Shown: positions 1 through 6,855 of the stretch, piece after piece
How positions within the stretch are numbered: the first letter of the stretch is position 1
Layout of the letters: each line of letters opens with the position of its first letter
IMG/VR virus record: IMGVR_UViG_3300017767_000004
Location: 2,589-66,588 of that record
From: a virus
Direction: 5' to 3' (one strand)
DNA: 64,000 nt
Made by a program: the position numbers and the translations under genes
The notes under the pieces: model-generated
Databases searched by the model: none
Seen by the model: the letters and a program-made list of their open reading frames with translations, nothing else
What the model was told of the DNA's origin: nothing

Positions 1-2
1 TT

Positions 3-1853
3 CAAAAACCCAAAAATCGCTTCATAACGAATAATGTCGCAAGAACCTATGACAAACATTCAACAATTTGTAACTGTCAAAACTGCAATTCCAGCAGGTT
101 TGTACAAAAAGGGACTTATTCAAGAGTTTACGAAAAAAACCGCCGTCCACAAATGGTAGTAATTGGCGAAAATTTAATCCCAATGTCGCAATCAAACAAT
201 TATTCTGCATCATATGGTAATAATTTAGACGTTGAACAAAGCCGAGGCGTTGATTTAATGGTTTCATCCTTACTCGACAGACCAGACAATAGTTTAGGAA
301 AATCCGATGGAGGATTCTTACTTGCTGACGGAACTGGTTTTGGAAAAACAAGGCAATTACTTGCAGTAGCGGATCAGTGGAAAAAAGAAAGCCCGAAAAC
401 GGGCTTTTCATCTAAGGTTTTAATCGTCACTGAAAACAAGGAAACAATCGATGGTTCGTTCAAAAAAGATGCCGAAGCACTTGGTATCAACACCAATGAC
501 TTTCAATTTACGACCTACACCCAACTTGCCAGTAAAAGTAAAGCAGGCCAAAAAATTGCAGGAGAAAAATATGGCTTAGTTATTTACGATGAAGCTCATA
601 ACATGAAAAATCTGTTGTCTTTTCAATCAGAAGTTTCACGGTCAATCGAAACAGACAAAGCGATATTTGCAACTGCAACCCCATTAGATACAGCGCCAGG
701 TGCAGGTTATTTTCTTTCAAGAGTATCTGGAATAGATCAAGATACAATATTCAATTCACTGGGTATTGTAAAAGAGAAGGGTGCAGGAGGAATTGAATAC
801 TACACGTCTGTATTGCCACCGAGGACAATCAAGAAAAGGCTGGAAAATTACAGAGAGCAACTGATAGCATCAGGCCTTATGATGAGACGAACTTATCCTT
901 TCTATGGCAGCATCATTTCAAGTTCAGTAAAAATGAATAAAGGTGCTCAATTAGAGCAAGAAGACATTTTAGATTTTTACGCAAACCAAGTAAAAAAGTC
1001 AGCAACAACCTCCGGCCAACGCTCTCTTGAGTTGGCAAGGTGGGAAGAATACCAAAAAATCCCAACGATTTATGAAAACATAAAAACATCAATCGAGGAT
1101 GGAAAGCAAGTAGTTGTCGCTTTGAAAACATCAGGAGAGCAAACCTTCAGAGGATTGAAAGAAAACGACAATGAATTAACCAAAAAAGAAGCAGAAAGAC
1201 GCGTTAGAGAATTAAATGAGAGGTATTTTGTCAAGTCAGGTATTCGTCCAGGTCTTTTCGCTAAATTCAAAAATAAAAAAGACGGGTGGTATCCTGGTCG
1301 AAAGGGTGCTACTGAAATAATCATTGAAATGCTCGAAAGAGATGGGATTTCTTACTCGCAACTTACTCAATCTCAAAAAGGAATTAAAGAGGTCAATAAA
1401 TTTCAAAATGGCGAATCTCAAGTAATGATTATGACGCCACAAAGCGGAGGTACAGGAATAAACCTCGACGACTCGAATGGGGATAAACCACGCCATCTAA
1501 TCATAGGCTCGGCTGGTTGGGCAGGGGATAAAATGGAACAAATACTTGGCAGGGTTAGTCGGAAAACGACCAAATCACCTTCATTAGCAGAGATAGTTGG
1601 TCTCCAAGGCGGATTTGCAGACTCTCGCCAGAAAATAGTTTTGAAAGACAAACTATCGGCCTTACGTTCAATCACAGGTAAAACAGATGGAATGGAAATA
1701 GGCGGTGGAAAACTTGGTCTTTGGGACGATATTATATCTGACAGACAACTGAAAAGCATGAAATTGGGTTATGTGGTAAAACCACTAAATCCAATGATTG
1801 ATCCTCTCAATGTGCGCTCAAGCAGGAACGAACTCGAAGTATTTGGGGGCTAA
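3..1853 (+). CDS. Strawberry-notch-like SF2 helicase (AAA_34/Helicase_C_4 type), probably 5'-truncated by the window
   Basis: GGFLLADGTGFGKT (Walker A), YDEAHNMKN, ATATP, QSGGTGINL, WAGDKMEQILGRVSR. The frame is open from nt 3 to the ATG at 153, so the true start may lie upstream. Confidence 0.85.
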   Translation, partial: QKPKNRFITNNVARTYDKHSTICNCQNCNSSRFVQKGTYSRVYEKNRRPQMVVIGENLIPMSQSNNYSASYGNNLDVEQSRGVDLMVSSLLDRPDNSLGKSDGGFLLADGTGFGKTRQLLAVADQWKKESPKTGFSSKVLIVTENKETIDGSFKKDAEALGINTNDFQFTTYTQLASKSKAGQKIAGEKYGLVIYDEAHNMKNLLSFQSEVSRSIETDKAIFATATPLDTAPGAGYFLSRVSGIDQDTIFNSLGIVKEKGAGGIEYYTSVLPPRTIKKRLENYREQLIASGLMMRRTYPFYGSIISSSVKMNKGAQLEQEDILDFYANQVKKSATTSGQRSLELARWEEYQKIPTIYENIKTSIEDGKQVVVALKTSGEQTFRGLKENDNELTKKEAERRVRELNERYFVKSGIRPGLFAKFKNKKDGWYPGRKGATEIIIEMLERDGISYSQLTQSQKGIKEVNKFQNGESQVMIMTPQSGGTGINLDDSNGDKPRHLIIGSAGWAGDKMEQILGRVSRKTTKSPSLAEIVGLQGGFADSRQKIVLKDKLSALRSITGKTDGMEIGGGKLGLWDDIISDRQLKSMKLGYVVKPLNPMIDPLNVRSSRNELEVFGG

Positions 1854-1857
1854 AACA

Positions 1858-3468
1858 ATGCGTATTTATTATTCAAAAAGACAAATTTTCAATCCATTAA
1901 CGGGTAATGTGATACAAAACACATCGGGCAATCGCCAAAGTCTAATAAAACAAATCAATAGATTTAGAGAAACCAATTTTTTCAACTCTCAAGTTCTTGC
2001 AAACGCAGAAGCAATGAACCTAAGATTTATTGCAAAAGGTCGGCCAGATATTGAATCAAATGGAGCAAAGGTAAGCCGTTATTATGGTGGGAATAATTGG
2101 TATTCAGTTCACACATCAACAAAAAACGGCCTAAGCAGGTTAAATTCGAAAGACGCTGAACTGGTCGAATCACAACTTGAATCTGAAACAGGTCTGAATT
2201 GGGATACCGACTCAGTTAGCAACTTTGTTCATCACGCCAGAGGGACTGATGGATTCAATGAATCAATCGCACTGATCTCCTGTTCAAAAAATAAAATATG
2301 GGATGATGAGGAAGAAGCCAAAAAACAGTCAGATAGATATGGTACGGACAACAAAAATAGAAGCATAGCATGGGCTAAGAAAAATGTCATACCTCCCTCG
2401 GAGATGAAAGAGCGAGGATTATTCGGACAAGAGCTTGAAACTGCAGAATTTTGGTGGGATTCTCGAAAAGAAGAATATAACGGGCCTGATTTTGTACCGG
2501 TTGTTGAAGCAAAAGACGCCTATACATCACCTCTTTTCAAAAAAAGTGTTGATTGGGCATTGAATAGAAACATGCCTTTCCACATAATGTCAGCAAAACA
2601 CGGCGCTTTAGAGCCAAAAAACAACATTGAAAATTATGACCTAAAACTTGCTCAATTATCTAAGGCAAAAAGAAAGGAATGGGCCAAAGAAGTCATTGAA
2701 GACTTGAACTTAACCGGCTATCAGTCGAAAAAAAATCGCGTTAAACAGGTTTATCTTCTTGGAGGCAGGTTATATGTTGACACGTTGAAGCCAGAACTTG
2801 AAGCCCTTGGAATAGAAACAATCGAACCCCTCAAAGGTATGAGTATCGGTGAGAGACTTCAATATTTGAAAAATGACAATGAAGCCTTCGAAGAATTGGG
2901 CTTCCAAGAGCAAAAACCCCCAGGCTGGGATGATCCAAGAAAAGGAACTGCATCTTTGGAAACTATGAAAGAGGAAAAACGACGCGACCTTGTTTTGAAA
3001 TGGTCTTCTCCTAAATTAGAAAAACAACTCAAAAGGGTAAGAAATCAACTTACGACCACTAAGCAGGCACAAAGTACAGCCGAGGAAATAATAAGGAACT
3101 TTTCGAGAACTGATGTTTTGAGTTCAAGGAACTCGCCCGTAATAGGAATGCAAGTTCAAAATGAATTCAACGAAACAAACGGAAAAGAATTTGACAAAGC
3201 GATGAAACAACTCAAAAAAGGCAATAATAAGAAACTTAAACAAATGATGGAAAAGCGAGGCATCGACTTTGAGACCTATCAACGTGGAACTCGGATTTAT
3301 GGCGAGGATTTGAAAAAGAAAGCATATGTGAACTCTTTCACACGGCAAGAAGCATGGGATGCAGCAGTAAAATCAGCATTACAAACTTCAGAAAAACTTA
3401 GCAAAAAAGCAAATAAACTTAAAATTAAGGAAAGAGAGCTTCAATCAGCAATACAAAAGAATGCATAA
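1858..3468 (+). CDS. DUF6884 (YaaA-like) domain protein with C-terminal coiled coil
   Basis: ISCSKNK...AKDAYTSPLF...IMSAKHG..P...IENYDLKL...RKEWA...LLGGRLY...PLKGMSIGERLQYL matches the remembered DUF6884 pattern. ATG 1858 follows GGGGG. Confidence 0.7.
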   Translation: MRIYYSKRQIFNPLTGNVIQNTSGNRQSLIKQINRFRETNFFNSQVLANAEAMNLRFIAKGRPDIESNGAKVSRYYGGNNWYSVHTSTKNGLSRLNSKDAELVESQLESETGLNWDTDSVSNFVHHARGTDGFNESIALISCSKNKIWDDEEEAKKQSDRYGTDNKNRSIAWAKKNVIPPSEMKERGLFGQELETAEFWWDSRKEEYNGPDFVPVVEAKDAYTSPLFKKSVDWALNRNMPFHIMSAKHGALEPKNNIENYDLKLAQLSKAKRKEWAKEVIEDLNLTGYQSKKNRVKQVYLLGGRLYVDTLKPELEALGIETIEPLKGMSIGERLQYLKNDNEAFEELGFQEQKPPGWDDPRKGTASLETMKEEKRRDLVLKWSSPKLEKQLKRVRNQLTTTKQAQSTAEEIIRNFSRTDVLSSRNSPVIGMQVQNEFNETNGKEFDKAMKQLKKGNNKKLKQMMEKRGIDFETYQRGTRIYGEDLKKKAYVNSFTRQEAWDAAVKSALQTSEKLSKKANKLKIKERELQSAIQKNA

Positions 3469-3470
3469 AG

Positions 3471-3531
3471 TGTGTTAGAAATAAGTTTCCAAGGGTCGCT
3501 TTTCAAATATATGTTCTCTTTACCAATCTGC
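3471..3531 (+). promoter_or_regulatory. Bipartite promoter, copy 1
   Basis: TGTG at 3471, TTTTCAAA at 3500, ATG at 3532, no SD. Confidence 0.6.
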
Positions 3532-5106
3532 ATGAGAAGTAGGGTTGCTCTTGTAATTCTAATCGCACTAAGTCTGATTTCAGGCGTAGCCGTTGCAAAA
3601 GACAGTGACGGCGACGGCATTTCCAATGAAGAAGAGGATGCTAATGGTAATGGTGTAGTCGATGAAGGAGAAACTGATCCAAACAATGCTGATACGGATG
3701 GCGACGGATTTAATGACGGCGAAGACCCAAATCCAACTGAACCCGATAAAGGCGGTGGGCCACCACCTGATGAAGACCCCAAGGTTGGTGAAGGTGAAGA
3801 TTCAGACGGAGATGGTGTCGATGATGAATTTGATTCAGACCCCTTCGACCCTGATGCAGACGGAGATGGGCTTGAAGATGGCGAAGAAGATACAAACGGC
3901 AATGGAGAAGTCGATGAAGGCGAAACCGACCCAACCGATTCAGATACCGATGGTGATGGTGTCGGTGATGCAGAAGACCCTGACCCAACTGACCCATCTG
4001 TGCCAGGGGGCAGTGTCGATAGCGATGGTGATGGCGTCCTTGATGATTCAGACGAATTTCCCGACGATGATACTGAATGGCAAGATTCGGATGGCGATGG
4101 CGTAGGCGACAATTCCGACGCTTTCCCTGTCGATCCAAAAGAAACAACAGATTCCGATGGAGATGGTGTTGGAGATAACAATGATGACTTACCACTTGAT
4201 CCATCAGAAACAACAGATTCCGATGGAGATGGAGTTGGTGATAATGCCGATGCTTTCCCAAATGATGCTTCAGAAACAACCGACTCGGATGGCGATGGCG
4301 TAGGCGACAATTCCGATGCTTTCCCAGATGATGCTTCTGAAACAACAGATACGGATGGCGATGGCGTAGGAGATAATACCGATTTGTTCCCAAGCGACTC
4401 TTCAGAATCGAATGATGAAGATTTAGATGGAACAGGGGATAACTCTGACGCATTTCCAGGCGACTCTTCAGAATCGAATGACACTGATGGCGATGGCGTA
4501 GGCGACAATTCGGATATTGACATTGATGGCGATGGCATCAATAATACAGAAGACTCCACGCCTTATGATGAAGACGATACTGATGGCGACGGGGTTGGTA
4601 ATTCACAAGACCAAGATGACGATGGCGACGGAGTATCGGACGCAAACGATACTTTCCCATTAGATCCAAATGAAAGTTTAGATTCTGATGGAGATGGAGT
4701 CGGAGACAACGGCGATGCGTTTCCTAATGACCCTTTGAAATCTCAATCTCAATCAAGCTCTGTCAATGATGGATGCCCAAGCCCAACATCAGTCAACGGC
4801 TATTATCCTCTTTATCTCACACCTACATGCGCTGCTAATCACCCAGGCGGTAATGGTGGTTATCACAACCACACCTTAGCAGGGCAGGATTATTACATGC
4901 CAAACGGCCTTAATATGAATTCAAGTAATGGGCCTATTACACAATGGCATGGTGATTACGGGGTCAACGTAGGCTCTGGAGGCGACATATCTCTTGAAGA
5001 TGAAGACGGATATGATTGGCTTAGTCTGGTGATTGTAGCGATTCTTTTGCCCACTATACTATACGGGGTTCTTGGTTTAGTTTCTTCATCATACACAAGG
5101 AAGTGA
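3532..5106 (+). CDS. Secreted, C-terminally anchored TSP3 (thrombospondin type-3-like) Ca-binding repeat protein
   Basis: Signal peptide MRSRVALVILIALSLISGVAVA; many DxDGDGVGDNxDAFPxD repeats; C-terminal TM WLSLVIVAILLPTILYGVLGLV. Confidence 0.9.
   Translation: MRSRVALVILIALSLISGVAVAKDSDGDGISNEEEDANGNGVVDEGETDPNNADTDGDGFNDGEDPNPTEPDKGGGPPPDEDPKVGEGEDSDGDGVDDEFDSDPFDPDADGDGLEDGEEDTNGNGEVDEGETDPTDSDTDGDGVGDAEDPDPTDPSVPGGSVDSDGDGVLDDSDEFPDDDTEWQDSDGDGVGDNSDAFPVDPKETTDSDGDGVGDNNDDLPLDPSETTDSDGDGVGDNADAFPNDASETTDSDGDGVGDNSDAFPDDASETTDTDGDGVGDNTDLFPSDSSESNDEDLDGTGDNSDAFPGDSSESNDTDGDGVGDNSDIDIDGDGINNTEDSTPYDEDDTDGDGVGNSQDQDDDGDGVSDANDTFPLDPNESLDSDGDGVGDNGDAFPNDPLKSQSQSSSVNDGCPSPTSVNGYYPLYLTPTCAANHPGGNGGYHNHTLAGQDYYMPNGLNMNSSNGPITQWHGDYGVNVGSGGDISLEDEDGYDWLSLVIVAILLPTILYGVLGLVSSSYTRK
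3601..4735 (+). repeat. Coding TSP3-type repeat tract; ~66-bp (22-aa) period over ~4080-4520
   Basis: Recurring GATGGCGATGGCGTAGGCGACAATTC-like units encoding DGDGVGDN. Confidence 0.85.
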
Positions 5107-5113
5107 AAAATAA

Positions 5114-5722
5114 ATGTCGTACCAAGAAAGAGTTAGAGATTCCCCATTCGATTATTTTTCAGAATCAACAGAAGCAATTGCGGCTATTTTTCTCACCGTA
5201 TTTTTCTTATCAACTATATTCGTTTTGAGAAATTACTTCAAGACTTGGTTTACGACATTGTTCTGGTCAACCGTAGTGATCGTGCCGTTCCTTTCAAACT
5301 TCTATCATTTGTTTTATGGCGAAGGCTCAATGAAGGATTATGGTGGCGATGGCGACTTGCTTGATGTGTTTTCATCATCGACATGGGAAAATTTTGGATT
5401 TATTAGAGAGGATGGTGGCCTTGGAATTGGAGGCCCATTGTGGAACACATACGAAGTCACTATGCCTTTGCTGGTATTTTCTATTTACATTGTTGGTGCC
5501 TTTTACATGATAATGAGAAACGGATTGGATAATTTCAGAACTCAAACAGTCCGTTCACCTTTCTATTTGTCATTGGTATTCGGAGCAGTTTGGGGGATTG
5601 TGGTTTACGGATTCATTGCAGATGCTTCAGACAACGTTGAAATGTACTACTGGGATTTGGCATCCACCATCGCTTCAATGGTAATTTTTATACTGTTTTG
5701 GAATGAAAAAGATACCCTTTGA
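5114..5722 (+). CDS. Polytopic membrane protein (~5 TM), unknown function
   Basis: Several long hydrophobic segments; starts 7 nt after the upstream stop. Confidence 0.75.
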   Translation: MSYQERVRDSPFDYFSESTEAIAAIFLTVFFLSTIFVLRNYFKTWFTTLFWSTVVIVPFLSNFYHLFYGEGSMKDYGGDGDLLDVFSSSTWENFGFIREDGGLGIGGPLWNTYEVTMPLLVFSIYIVGAFYMIMRNGLDNFRTQTVRSPFYLSLVFGAVWGIVVYGFIADASDNVEMYYWDLASTIASMVIFILFWNEKDTL

Positions 5723-5723
5723 T

Positions 5724-5864
5724 TCAATTTATGACTTCAATCCAGAACCAAAGGAAAAAAAAACCCATGAAAACGAGAAACAGCAATACTGGCAAAGCCC
5801 TTACAAAATCATCTATTTTTTTGAAAACGAACTCATCCCATTGTTGTAAATCATCGTCTTTCAT
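5724..5864 (-). CDS. Small single-TM protein (46 aa), not in the ORF track
   Basis: Manual translation MKDDDLQQWDEFVFKKIDDFVRALPVLLFLVFMGFFFLWFWIEVIN*; fills the gap and continues the minus-strand operon. Confidence 0.6.
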   Translation of the reverse strand: MKDDDLQQWDEFVFKKIDDFVRALPVLLFLVFMGFFFLWFWIEVIN

Positions 5865-5873
5865 TATATCAAC

Positions 5874-6254
5874 TCACGGCAATGTGTAAGATACAGGATT
5901 CCCCTTAATCTTCACCAGAAGGTTGTCATCAACAAACCTATTACACGAACGTTGCAGGGTTCTATGGTCACTGAAACCGCATTTAGTGTAATCTGTCAAG
6001 GGCGTAATGGTGCCATATTTCCTGCAATGCTCCATGACATTATGCAAGGTGATGATGTGCTCTCTTCTAAGAGAAATATCTCGAGGAAAGAGAATCATGC
6101 TAAATCGGGCTTGTTCCCTATCGGTCATTTCGACTATTTGTTGATTAAGAACCGAGATTAAACTTTCTTGATCGTTTACTCTTTTTTTCAAATTAGCAGC
6201 CTCGGTTCTCCAACCTGCAAGTTGGAATCTTTCAGTTTGGCTTGTCTTAGTCAA
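5874..6254 (-). CDS. Coiled-coil plus C-terminal winged-helix-like protein
   Basis: Heptad segment LKKRVNDQESLISVLNQQIVEM; C-terminal HRTLQRSCNRFVDDNLLVKIKGNPVSYTL; TTG start overlapping the upstream TGA, after GGAGG. Confidence 0.6.
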   Translation of the reverse strand: MTKTSQTERFQLAGWRTEAANLKKRVNDQESLISVLNQQIVEMTDREQARFSMILFPRDISLRREHIITLHNVMEHCRKYGTITPLTDYTKCGFSDHRTLQRSCNRFVDDNLLVKIKGNPVSYTLP

Positions 6255-6508
6255 GCAGCAATCCTCCAAATCGGGCTAACCTTTGACCGGCCAGTGAAAG
6301 TTTTGAAGGGGACTGAACCTACTTGTTCGAATGATTTGTCTCTAAGTAAAGAGCGTAATTGATACATTGTAATCCCGTCTGCCCAAGTTTTATTGTATTT
6401 GTCAAGGAGAGCTTGTTGGTCTAATCTGCCGTGTAGGTCTAAAATCGACAACAACCGTTCTTTAGGCTTTCTTGTACCGTAATGTTTCTGCATTCTCTCT
6501 GGAATCAT
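6251..6508 (-). CDS. Small winged-helix protein (archaeal DUF3860-like pattern)
   Basis: ITMYQLRSLLRDKSFEQVG...IWRI; SD GGAGGTGG upstream. Confidence 0.55.
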   Translation of the reverse strand: MIPERMQKHYGTRKPKERLLSILDLHGRLDQQALLDKYNKTWADGITMYQLRSLLRDKSFEQVGSVPFKTFTGRSKVSPIWRIAA

Positions 6509-6682
6509 TCAAGGCCACCTCCCCTTTTTCTTAGGTTTTTTACTTTCTATGATTTGAAATGATTTCAACCGAACACACTCTCGAACGAATTCTGCCCTGG
6601 AGGAATAACCTCCAGCCTTCGCCATTGCTTCATCAACAATTGTTACCAATTCGTCAGGCAAGTGGACGGCGTTAGCAGGCAT
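6509..6682 (-). CDS. Ribbon-helix-helix (CopG/Arc/MetJ) transcription regulator, 57 aa, not in the ORF track
   Basis: Manual translation MPANAVHLPDELVTIVDEAMAKAGGYSSRAEFVRECVRLKSFQIIESKKPKKKGRWP*; V.LP.EL...VD.....Y.SR.EFVR is the RHH signature. Confidence 0.85.
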   Translation of the reverse strand: MPANAVHLPDELVTIVDEAMAKAGGYSSRAEFVRECVRLKSFQIIESKKPKKKGRWP

Positions 6683-6793
6683 TATGATACGCTCTTATTT
6701 CCCTGTGTTTATCAAATAAACGGTTGCAAAGAATACCAAAGACCCAAGAAATTCATTCTTTAACGGCCATTAGCACCAAAAAAACCCTCAAAG

Positions 6794-6855
6794 TGTGCGA
6801 ATCCGTCAAATCGCACCCTATTTATTCATATAGAATCGGAGAATCCACATAGGCC
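6794..6855 (+). promoter_or_regulatory. Bipartite promoter, copy 2, with a GTGCGA-N10-TCGCAC inverted repeat
   Basis: AAGTGTG (TGTG at 6794), TATTCATA at 6823, GCC-ATG at 6856; IR at 6795-6800 and 6811-6816. Confidence 0.6.

Noticed and set aside
4080-4520. Periodic DNA repeats suggesting a CRISPR array
   Set aside because: The units are degenerate, in-frame and protein-coding, with no unique spacers and no cas genes.
3441-4559. 372-aa Ser/Pro-rich minus-strand ORF
   Set aside because: Antisense shadow of the Asp/Gly-rich TSP3 repeats; the + strand protein has a signal peptide, a TM anchor and a promoter.
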